15,227 nt of DNA from Candidatus Heimdallarchaeota archaeon (GTDB taxonomy: Archaea > Asgardarchaeota > Heimdallarchaeia > JABLTI01), in the NCBI GenBank assembly GCA_019058275.1, contig JAHLVW010000007.1:1-15227 (forward strand), in the 5' to 3' direction. Position numbers and translations under genes: made by a program. Positions 7,478 to 15,227 of the stretch are shown here, in pieces. The notes under the pieces are model-generated. The model saw only the letters and a list, made by a program, of their open reading frames with translations, was not told where the DNA came from and did no database searches. Position 1 is the first letter of the stretch. Every line of letters begins with the position of its first letter.

Positions 7478-7783
7478 AAATATAGGAATCGCAGTTTCTA
7501 TCAACTGAATCTTGAGAGCGAAACAGTACATGAACTACTCTTTTCTTTTGAGCAAATTCCATGTGATGATTCGGATAAAAGAATCGAATTGATGGAAAAT
7601 TCAAGCAATGTTCTCGAAAGGATTGATTCTCTCTTAATGAAAATCCAACAAACCAAAGAGGGACTCCGAGTAACTACTGGTTGGAAAGGATGGAAGATAT
7701 CAGATAATATTGAGCCCATCATAGAACTAGTTGAGGAGAAATTAGCTATTAGTACAGAGCTATTAAGGAGGAAGTTTCAATGA
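7478..7783 (+). CDS. In-frame continuation of the Cas1-fusion ORF after a single TAG (probable C-terminal 101 aa; includes the 64-aa ORF 7589-7783)
   Basis: Same frame as 3653 and open for 101 codons after the TAG. It completes the wHTH wing (GLLLK*KYRNRSFYQLN) and ends in a TGA that overlaps the helicase ATG (ATGA, 7780-7783). Confidence 0.6.
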   Translation, partial: KYRNRSFYQLNLESETVHELLFSFEQIPCDDSDKRIELMENSSNVLERIDSLLMKIQQTKEGLRVTTGWKGWKISDNIEPIIELVEEKLAISTELLRRKFQ

Positions 7784-10700
7784 TTCTCAAAAAAGAAGAA
7801 GCAAACTTTAGCTCTCTCATTGTAGAGAAGTTCCCGATAAAAACAAGAACCAAACCTGAATGGCTAAAAATAGCTAAACTACCTGCAACGAAACCTGTTA
7901 CTTCTAATAATGTCTCTTGGAAGGATATTCTCCCAAAAGAAGCAGAAGCATTTACTGCTGTTCTAGAGACGATGATAAGTAGCTCTCATCCCTTTGAACA
8001 CCAAAGAGAAGCTCTCGAGTATTTACTAAATCCAAAGGATGAAAAAAAGGATCTAATAATTAATGGCGGAACTTATTCCGGTAAGTCATTGTCATTCACT
8101 GCCCCTGGAGTTGCTAAATTGTTGACAGGAGAGATTGACTTTATGGTGCTGTTCTACCCATCAAAACAATTGTTAATGGACCAATTTGAACAAGTGAAAA
8201 AAATGGTCGTTGAATTAGAGAAACGAATGGGAGTGCGATTAACAACTCGAATGTACAGCGGTGATGTTGGCAAGAGTTTAACACCAGGAAAAACAACTCA
8301 AAAAAGGGATCTTAATGATACAGAAAAACACCCACCAAACATACTCTTAGCCACTTTCGATAAGGTCTGGTTCCAGCAGCTAAATGGGAACAGTAGTCCT
8401 TTACATGAGAAAATAATGGATTGCCAGTATTTAGTCTTCGATGAAATACATGCATTTGATGGTTTTGCTGCTGCCATCATTAAGATGTTTATCCAAACAC
8501 ACAAACTAAGGAATCCTGCTTGTCAAACGATTCTTTCATCAGCAACAATAGATAGAGTGACAGAATTTCGAGATGCGTTTTTGCCAGGAGCAAAAGTTAT
8601 CACTTGCCCACCTGTTAGGGGTGAACAAGAATTCCTTGGCACAACAAGAAGGCATACCATTCCTATTCTGGTTAACCTCTGGGAAGAATTAGCGAAAATG
8701 CCAGGAAAAACATGTCTGATTTTTGCAGACTCGAAAGAAGACATAGAATTGTTGGCTGAACGGTTGTGTGCTGCCCTTAAAAAGAAGAATGAATTTTTTG
8801 ATGAAAACACAATTGCAGTAATTCATGCTGATTTGCCTTATATTCAGAGAAAAAAAGTGCTGGATGAATTACAAAAGGGAGAACGAAACATTATCCGCAT
8901 AGTGATCTCCTCTTCTGTCCTTGAGTTAGGAGTAAATATCTCAAACTTCCAAACAGTAATGAATATTGGTATACCCATTACAGGTAAGGATGGCGTTGTT
9001 CAAAGAATGGCTCGAAATCGCTCGAAACCAGGAGAACGAAGAGTGAATGTTTTCCTATTCGATTTAGCAAATGCTCGAGATAAATTCTACTGGGAACACA
9101 AGGAAATACTTCGAAAGATCCTTGAAACAAATGCTTGTAATCCCATTCTTTTCCCAAAAAGAAATGCAAAGGTTTTTGCAGGAATAATTATTTTGCTGGT
9201 CCAATATGGAATAACTTCTTTCGAAGAAATAATGAATTTCTTCCTTCAAGAAGGAAAAGTTGTTCATGAATTGGCCAGACAACAATATGTAAGACTAGTG
9301 ACCCAAATGATTCTGAAAAAAGAAAAAGGGAAACTATTATTCACTAGTAAAGGTGAAGAGCTCCTCCTAGAAAAGAAAGAGCTTGTTCCTTTCTCAATAC
9401 GAGCAATTGATCGTGGTTGGACAATAGACCAGCTGCAAGGAGTAGACTCGAACAGCTTGAATGAGAGGACGAGAGAAATCGGGAAAATAACTACAAGAGA
9501 TGTTTTAAGGAAAGGTTTCCCTGGGAACATTTTAACGAGAAACAAACAGAAATATCTTGTAGTAGGTATTGACCAAAGGATGAGAAGTGTTCTGGTTAAA
9601 AGGTATTTAATTAACCAAGGTGAGGAAATCAAAAGACTACCAATGAATCAATTATCTGACCCGAGCATTACGGTGGGGATTCTGCCAAAAATATCTGAAG
9701 GCCCTGAATTACTAGGCATTAATTTTGGCCAGCTTATTATTGAACGTAAACCTAAAGCAATAGTCAATGCTAGTCCAGACAGGATGATAAAAATAGCAGC
9801 AAATGGCAATAATACTAATTACTTTTGCTGGCAGGAATTAACTGAGGATGAAGTACAAGAGTGCAGTATCAGAGAGAAAGTAGAAGGAATAAGTTTAAGC
9901 TTAAAAACGGAAATGCTGAAAGAAAGCAAAGGAAGATCAAACAATCAAATCCTAAAACTATTTGGTAAAATACTCCTCATTGAAACGGAAGCAGTATTAG
10001 GAATTCCTGCTTCAGAGTTGGGGCAGATAAGTAACAATAAACAATTAGCAATAGTAGATAAGGGGAAAGGTAAGGGGAATGCTGGCTATTTGTACAAGCA
10101 TTTGAAAGAAGTAGCAGTGGATCTAAGAAAGAGATTGGCTAGGTGTTCATGTGCAGAAGGGTGCAAAGCTTGCTATGGAGAAGTAATTGGTGTATTACCA
10201 AAAGGCACGAAAGATAAATTAGTCTTTTTAGCGCAAGACTTGGAAAAGATAATCGAAACGAATTTACAAGAAAAACTTGAAGAACAATTAACCATACAGC
10301 CAAACTATCATGAAGGAAAGATCGTTGCTCTCTCAGACATTCACTTGACAAGTGAGTTTAGCTTTGAAGAAGAATTCTATGAAGCAATAAGCTCCCTTAG
10401 CAAACAAGCGGATATAATAATCATTAATGGTGATTTGCTGGATAAGGGAGGAACTGAAGGAGTTGAAGCAGTTAAGAAATTGCTACAAAAAGCGATCAAA
10501 GAAGGTTTCTGGTCAAAACTAGTACTTGTGCGAAGCTCGACTATACATGATGCTGCGTTAGCAAATTTTGGAAACATAATGCAACAAGACTATGCCTGGA
10601 TAGAAACAGCAGCTGGAGAAGTGCTATTTGTCCATGGAAATAAAATTGGTATTGATCCGAAAGTTGTTGCAGAAAGAAAAGCTAAAGGAGCAACGATAGA

Positions 10701-10947
10701 AGCAAAATGGGGATTAATAGACGAAGGCAGAAGGCGGTTGCCAAAAATTACCAAAGAAACTCACCTTGTGATAGGTCATTTGCACGAACGTTTCTTTGAC
10801 GAAGAGAACAGGGTTTATGGCTTGGGTCACTGGACAAGGAAAGGAAATGAATATCATCAGAAATGTCTGATGATTATTAACACTGATGATGCTTTAGATA
10901 CCCTTAAACTAAGAACTTTTACAAGTGATGTTCTTTCTTCTCTTTAA
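7780..10947 (+). CDS. YprA/Hrq1/SftH-like DEAH-box helicase with DUF1998 Zn motif, fused to a C-terminal calcineurin-like metallophosphoesterase
   Basis: Helicase motifs: Q PFEHQREAL, I GGTYSGKS (aa 96), Ia FYPSKQLLMDQ, YSGD, Ib LATFDKV, II DEIH (aa 221), III SAT, IV LIFADS, V SSVLELGVNI, VI-like QRMARNR. DUF1998-like D.GKGKG...CSCAEGCKAC (aa 789-798). Phosphoesterase motifs SDIH, NGDLLD, IHD, VHGN, GHLH (aa 848-1055). Confidence 0.88.
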   Translation: MILKKEEANFSSLIVEKFPIKTRTKPEWLKIAKLPATKPVTSNNVSWKDILPKEAEAFTAVLETMISSSHPFEHQREALEYLLNPKDEKKDLIINGGTYSGKSLSFTAPGVAKLLTGEIDFMVLFYPSKQLLMDQFEQVKKMVVELEKRMGVRLTTRMYSGDVGKSLTPGKTTQKRDLNDTEKHPPNILLATFDKVWFQQLNGNSSPLHEKIMDCQYLVFDEIHAFDGFAAAIIKMFIQTHKLRNPACQTILSSATIDRVTEFRDAFLPGAKVITCPPVRGEQEFLGTTRRHTIPILVNLWEELAKMPGKTCLIFADSKEDIELLAERLCAALKKKNEFFDENTIAVIHADLPYIQRKKVLDELQKGERNIIRIVISSSVLELGVNISNFQTVMNIGIPITGKDGVVQRMARNRSKPGERRVNVFLFDLANARDKFYWEHKEILRKILETNACNPILFPKRNAKVFAGIIILLVQYGITSFEEIMNFFLQEGKVVHELARQQYVRLVTQMILKKEKGKLLFTSKGEELLLEKKELVPFSIRAIDRGWTIDQLQGVDSNSLNERTREIGKITTRDVLRKGFPGNILTRNKQKYLVVGIDQRMRSVLVKRYLINQGEEIKRLPMNQLSDPSITVGILPKISEGPELLGINFGQLIIERKPKAIVNASPDRMIKIAANGNNTNYFCWQELTEDEVQECSIREKVEGISLSLKTEMLKESKGRSNNQILKLFGKILLIETEAVLGIPASELGQISNNKQLAIVDKGKGKGNAGYLYKHLKEVAVDLRKRLARCSCAEGCKACYGEVIGVLPKGTKDKLVFLAQDLEKIIETNLQEKLEEQLTIQPNYHEGKIVALSDIHLTSEFSFEEEFYEAISSLSKQADIIIINGDLLDKGGTEGVEAVKKLLQKAIKEGFWSKLVLVRSSTIHDAALANFGNIMQQDYAWIETAAGEVLFVHGNKIGIDPKVVAERKAKGATIEAKWGLIDEGRRRLPKITKETHLVIGHLHERFFDEENRVYGLGHWTRKGNEYHQKCLMIINTDDALDTLKLRTFTSDVLSSL

Positions 10948-11180
10948 GAGAAATTTCTTCTGATAATTGTTCAACAAATACAATGAGTTTCTCTTCTCAA
11001 ACTATTCTTCAAATGTTTTTTTACCTTGTCATAATTGTCTATAAAAAGAAGCAACGGTTCAACCCTCTGTTCTTCTCTTAAAAGCTTCTGAACAAAAGAC
11101 AATCCAAATAACTTTGTCAGTCAATTCAATTAAGGTAACATCAAATATCTTCATTTTTTATTGTAATTTATTTCCTCAAG

Positions 11181-11212
11181 AATCCTTGCGATGCCCCGAG
11201 ATAGGATTTTTT
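11181..11212 (+). terminator. Short hairpin followed by a T-tract; possible terminator or island boundary
   Basis: AATCCT(11181-11186)...AGGATT(11203-11208) encloses a GC-rich core and runs into TTTTTT. It lies between the helicase gene and pyrE. Confidence 0.25.
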
Positions 11213-11283
11213 AACCCGAAAGTTTTAGAAGTAATCCCGTAAAAGATAAAAGAAATAGATTCAAAAGGTTTTAATGGTGAGAA

Positions 11284-11847
11284 ATGATGTCTGAAAAACT
11301 ATCCAACACGAAAGAATTGATCATTAAAACTCTTGAAAAGACTGGTGCTTTAAAATTTGGTGATTTTACATTAGCTTCAGGAGCGAAATCAAAATATTAC
11401 ATTGATTTGCGTATCATTCCAAATTTCCCTGAGGAATTTGAAACAATAATAGATGAAGCTGTGAAGTATATCAAAGAGCATTTTTCAGAAATTGAAGGAA
11501 TTGTAGGTATTCCCATGGCTGCAATACCATATGGTACCTTAATAGCCCACAAACTAAAATTGCCTTATTATATCTTAAGAAAAGAACCAAAGAAGCATGG
11601 TCTTAAGAAAATGATTGAAGGTGAATTTTCAAAAGGTCAAAAAATTCTCCTGGTTGACGATCTAATATCTAGTGGTTTCAGTAAAGCCTTTGCAATAACT
11701 GCTTTAAGAGATGAAGGAGCCGAAGTGCAAGATCTCTTTGTATTTATAGATAGATCAGATGGATTGACTGACTTTGAAAAAGAACAATCAATTAAGGTTC
11801 ATTATCTAATCAATGCTAAAGACATTCTAGTAAAAGCAAAAGAATAG
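11284..11847 (+). CDS. pyrE: Orotate phosphoribosyltransferase
   Basis: GALKFGDFTLASGAKSKYYIDLR, RKEPKKHG, PRPP-binding LLVDDLISSG. GGTGA RBS at 11276-11280 (the start may be ATG 11287). Confidence 0.95.
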   Translation: MMSEKLSNTKELIIKTLEKTGALKFGDFTLASGAKSKYYIDLRIIPNFPEEFETIIDEAVKYIKEHFSEIEGIVGIPMAAIPYGTLIAHKLKLPYYILRKEPKKHGLKKMIEGEFSKGQKILLVDDLISSGFSKAFAITALRDEGAEVQDLFVFIDRSDGLTDFEKEQSIKVHYLINAKDILVKAKE

Positions 11848-11857
11848 AGTGAAAATA

Positions 11858-12601
11858 ATGTCTAAAAAATCAGCAATTATCTTATTAAGTGGTGGTTTAG
11901 ATTCCGCTGTTTGCCTTTGGTGGGCAAAAAATCAAGGGTATTCACGAGTGGAATGCATGACCTTTGAATATGGATCAAAAGAAGAAGCAGTTCTAAAAGC
12001 AGTAGCTAAAAAACTAGGATTGCTAGCAAAGGTAGATAATCACGAGTTCATCTCTCTTGAGTTTTTAGCTGATTTCTCAAGGAGAATAAATAGTTCATTA
12101 GCAAAAGGCAGCACAAAAGAATTACCCAAACTTTTTGCTGAGGATCTCGATAACATTGCCCGTAGTCAAGAAAGTGCAAGAGCTGTTTGGATACCTGGTC
12201 GGAATTTGTTGTTTCTATCAATAGCTGCAGCTTATTCTGAAACCTTAAGTGATGAAGTAGATATCATTACTGGATTTAATCTTGAGGAAGGAACAACTTT
12301 TCCTGATAACACTCAAGAATTCATTGATGATTTTATAAAAACTGCTTCTCGAGGAATTCTTAACGTGAAAGTTAATGTTTTGTCACCAATTATAGGTATG
12401 ACCAAATCAGAGATTGTAAACTTTGGTGTAAAGCTTAAAGTTCCATTAGGTTATAGTAACTCTTGCTATAACCCCAAAGGATTTGATGTTACTAATAAAC
12501 CAATTCATTGCGCTGTTTGTGAAAGTTGTCTTCGAAGGAAAAGAGGATTCAAAGGAAGCTCCATTGAGGACCCAACAAAATATGACAATAGTAATAATTG
12601 A
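11858..12601 (+). CDS. queC: 7-cyano-7-deazaguanine (preQ0) synthase
   Basis: PP-loop LLSGGLDS, WIPGRN, EEGTTFPDN, Zn-binding SCY...HCAVCESCLRR. ATG 11858 follows a GAGTGA RBS (the ORF track starts at GTG 11849). Confidence 0.95.
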   Translation: MSKKSAIILLSGGLDSAVCLWWAKNQGYSRVECMTFEYGSKEEAVLKAVAKKLGLLAKVDNHEFISLEFLADFSRRINSSLAKGSTKELPKLFAEDLDNIARSQESARAVWIPGRNLLFLSIAAAYSETLSDEVDIITGFNLEEGTTFPDNTQEFIDDFIKTASRGILNVKVNVLSPIIGMTKSEIVNFGVKLKVPLGYSNSCYNPKGFDVTNKPIHCAVCESCLRRKRGFKGSSIEDPTKYDNSNN

Positions 12602-12648
12602 GGGATTATTAAACAATACTAGATGAAAAATCGAAAGGTGAACTTTCA

Positions 12649-13446
12649 GTGACTGATGAAACAAAAATAGAAGGAAATCTTGTAGAAATATTTAGCTCCT
12701 ACCAAGGTGAAGGAGGATCTGTTAGAGGTTCGACTTTTGGCAGAAGACAGATTTTCATCAGATTTGCTGGGTGCGATTTGAAATGCCTTTGGTGTGATAC
12801 AGCCAAATCAAGAGATCCCAATTATCCTGAATGTAAAGTAGAAAAAGTACCTGGCTCATGGGAATTTATCACATACAAGAATCCTGTAGACGAGGAATTT
12901 ATCATTGAACAAATTCTTAATCTTTCCACCAAAGATTTTCACTCTGTTTCTCTTACAGGTGGAGAACCTACATATCAAGAGGAGTTTTTTTATCAGATGG
13001 TAAATCGCTTGTATGATCTCGAGATTCCTATCTTTTTAGAGACAAATGGTTATTTCCCTAAAAGAATAGAAAAAGTAGCCTCACTTATTAGCTATGCTTG
13101 TGTTGATATTAAGGATCGTAGTGCTAAAAGCATTAAGAGTAGTGAATGGGAAAAGCTCGTAGAAAAGGAGCTGGAATCAATTGTAATTTTAAATAATCAT
13201 CCTGTGAAGGTTTACGCTAAATTAGTAGTGACTGAAGACACTTCTCTTGAGGATGTCCGAATGTATGCTGACAAGCTAAGAGAAATAGTTGTTCCTTTAG
13301 TCATTCAACCAGTCACTCCAGTTGGAGGAGTAAAGCCAATATCACATCATAAGCTGTTTAAAATCACTGAAACAATTGCAGAAGTTCTTCCTACAGACCT
13401 ATATGGAATATCAATACAAAGTCATAAACTTTTATCCATTTTATGA
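12649..13446 (+). CDS. queE: 7-carboxy-7-deazaguanine synthase (radical SAM)
   Basis: EIFSSYQGEG, IRFAGCDLKCLWCDT (CxxxCxxC), SLTGGEP, LETNG, C-terminal QSHK. GTG start with GGTGA RBS. Adjacent to queC. Confidence 0.93.
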   Translation: MTDETKIEGNLVEIFSSYQGEGGSVRGSTFGRRQIFIRFAGCDLKCLWCDTAKSRDPNYPECKVEKVPGSWEFITYKNPVDEEFIIEQILNLSTKDFHSVSLTGGEPTYQEEFFYQMVNRLYDLEIPIFLETNGYFPKRIEKVASLISYACVDIKDRSAKSIKSSEWEKLVEKELESIVILNNHPVKVYAKLVVTEDTSLEDVRMYADKLREIVVPLVIQPVTPVGGVKPISHHKLFKITETIAEVLPTDLYGISIQSHKLLSIL

Positions 13447-13534
13447 GAATTTTACAATATTTTCTTCCAAAGAATTAAATATTGATTGTGGATTATGGAA
13501 TAGAAAAGTCTAGATAATTTTAAGTGTGATTATA

Positions 13535-14729
13535 ATGTCCTCTAAAGTTTATTTTGGTTCTTTACAGCCATGGTAAAGGTAATCGTTTTGCTTCACTTGG
13601 AGCTAAATATGAAGAAATTCTTGAAAAACTTGATTTCTCTTCTATTAAGAAGAAAGATAAAGTTGCAATTAAAATGCACCTTGGATTCAATGATGGCTAT
13701 TAAACGATTCCTGTTTTCTTTATAAGAAAACTAGTTGAAGCCGTCAAGAAAACAGGTGGTTATCCTTTCATTACCGATACCCCTACAGCAGTTTACAATG
13801 CAGCAAGTAGAGGTTATACTGAAGAAACATGTGGTTGTACTATAATCCCTGTTGCAGGTGTTAAAGATGGTTACAAATACTCTAAAGAAGTTAATTTCAA
13901 GGGTGTAGATTCTATAGATATGGCTGGAGTCTTACACGATGCAGATGTTTTAATTAACTTTGCTCATACAAAAGGTCACGGTTTATATGGCTACGGTGGT
14001 GTTATAAAGAACATTGCTCTTGGTGGATTTGCTGCCAAAACACGATGGAATAAAATCCATGGTGTTGTTCATTATGATAAATACTGGGATGCTGATAAAT
14101 GCACACCAGAACATACTAAAAAACCAGTCGATTCTTGTCCTGTTAAAGCAATTAACTACAAAGAAGATAAACATGAGCTCAGAGTAGCTTTCTATAACTG
14201 TAATCAGTGTATGGAATGCATAAAGGCTGATGAAGGCGTTGGTTGTTTAGAGATTAAACAAGAGAATTTGGATGCTTTCCAAGAATTCATGGCAATTGTA
14301 GCAAAACAAGTTTTTGACACTTTTGATAAGAAGAAAATCTTCAACATAAACATTGCATTACAGATTACTATTTTCTGTGACTGTATGGGTATGCCACAAC
14401 CAATTATTACTAATGAGATTGGTATTCTTGCAAGTAAAGATACTGTAGCTATTGAACAAGCACCCCTAGATTTAATCAAAAAAGAAGGTATTCTTGAGTC
14501 AAGTATTCATCCATATCTGAAAAACGTTCAATTAGATCCCAAATTAGATTTACATCCATTTCAAAGACTCTTAGGACCTATGAAAGATCCCTACAAAGTG
14601 GTTGAATATGCTGAAAAATTAGAAATGGGAACATCGAAGTATGAATTAATCGAGATACTTTCTCCTGAAGAAACAGCTAAAATGGAACCACCTAAAGAAC
14701 GATATGAAACTGAACCAACATTTTTCTGA
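13535..14729 (+). pseudogene. DUF362-family Fe-S protein, disrupted by a +1 frameshift and an in-frame stop
   Basis: ATG 13535 gives MSSKVYFGSLQ, then an extra C at 13568/13569. The shifted frame reads HGKGNRF...DKVAIKMHLGFNDGY*TIPVFF (TAA 13701-13703) and continues in frame with ORF 13920-14729 (HTKGH..YGGVIKNIALG, CPVKAI...CNQCMEC, CDC, ILASKDTVAIEQA). Confidence 0.8.
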
Positions 14730-14742
14730 AGAAAAAAATTGT

Positions 14743-15227
14743 TCATTTTTTCTTCTTTTTAGCTTTTTTTCTTAAATCGGCTCGTTCCAACCGCTCCTTT
14801 TTATATTTCTTTAGCATTAGTTTGTCTAGTTGTTCGTCGGTTAACTCTGGTGGGTTAATTAAAGGTTCAGGATTTTCTATTAGTTCTTTTAATAAATCCA
14901 TAGCTGGTCCAGTGTAACTTCCGGCTGCAATACGATCATCAATACTTATTCGTAACTCCATTACTGTTTTTATTTCAATTTCATCTGTTTCTTGATTCAC
15001 TATTGCATCTTTATGCATCTTACCAAGTGTGAAAAATAAACCAATAGTTCCCAATCCATAGGTGTGGTGATATACAGCATCAATACCAAGCGAACCTAAA
15101 TGAGCGATAAATGCAGTACTCCAAAATGGAAAATCTTCTGTTATTTTATACATTCGAAGATTACGTTCATCTGTCCACTTCAGAAACCATGCAATGAATT
15201 TAAGGGCAAAACGCGGTAAAGCACCAA
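14743..15227 (-). CDS. 2-oxoacid dehydrogenase E2 (acyltransferase catalytic domain)-like protein, 5'-partial
   Basis: The frame is open to the right edge (...GALPRFALKFIAWFLKWTDERNLRMYK). AFIAHLGSLG..AVYHH and MELRISIDDRIAAG...LKELIENPEPL resemble the E2 C-terminal SNLG and DHRxxDG regions. Confidence 0.75.
   Translation of the reverse strand, partial: GALPRFALKFIAWFLKWTDERNLRMYKITEDFPFWSTAFIAHLGSLGIDAVYHHTYGLGTIGLFFTLGKMHKDAIVNQETDEIEIKTVMELRISIDDRIAAGSYTGPAMDLLKELIENPEPLINPPELTDEQLDKLMLKKYKKERLERADLRKKAKKKKK

Noticed and set aside
3399-11197. Casposon-like TIRs (GGGGTGTGCTCGCATCG at 3399 versus CGATGCCCC ending at 11197)
   Set aside because: Only GGGG and a GCATCG core match, with different spacing. 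No flanking TSD and no polB, so it is not called a casposon.
1561-11283. CRISPR array or cas2/cas4 associated with the Cas1 domain
   Set aside because: No regularly spaced direct repeats in any intergenic region (1561-1729, 3356-3652, 10948-11283) and no small ORF with Cas2 or Cas4 motifs. An array outside the window remains possible.
11858-12601. QueC as a QatC-like anti-phage protein
   Set aside because: Canonical length and archaeal QueC motifs, paired with queE and pyrE, with no qatA/B/D-like neighbours.
2478-14479. Minus-strand ORFs nested in the large genes (e.g. 2478-2822, 5167-5466, 7501-7722, 8523-8810, 9264-9632, 12446-12664, 14204-14479)
   Set aside because: Antisense shadows of well-supported plus-strand frames, with no motifs.

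Overview
Archaeal-looking DNA (GGTGA/GGAGA ribosome-binding sites, TATA-like boxes, archaeal-type QueC/QueE/PyrE; an Asgard origin is only an inference). About the first 11 kb is an accessory island. (1) A large (>520 aa) TnpB/Cas12f-like RuvC nuclease on the minus strand runs off the left edge and is missing from the ORF track. (2) A divergent free-standing LAGLIDADG endonuclease carries an XRE-HTH. (3) A giant 1274-aa protein contains a full, highly diverged Cas1 integrase domain with E/H/D-E catalytic residues, fused to a degenerate SF2-helicase RecA domain, wHTHs and Cys clusters. It would be 1376 aa if one in-frame TAG is read through. (4) An adjacent YprA/Hrq1-like DEAH helicase (DUF1998 Zn motif) is fused to a calcineurin-like metallophosphoesterase. 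No CRISPR array, cas2, cas4, polB or convincing TIRs are visible. The right ~4 kb is housekeeping: pyrE-queC-queE, a disrupted DUF362 Fe-S gene, and a partial 2-oxoacid dehydrogenase E2-like gene. The best candidate for an undescribed system is the Cas1-fusion plus helicase-phosphoesterase gene pair. All domain calls come from motif recognition by eye, not from database searches.
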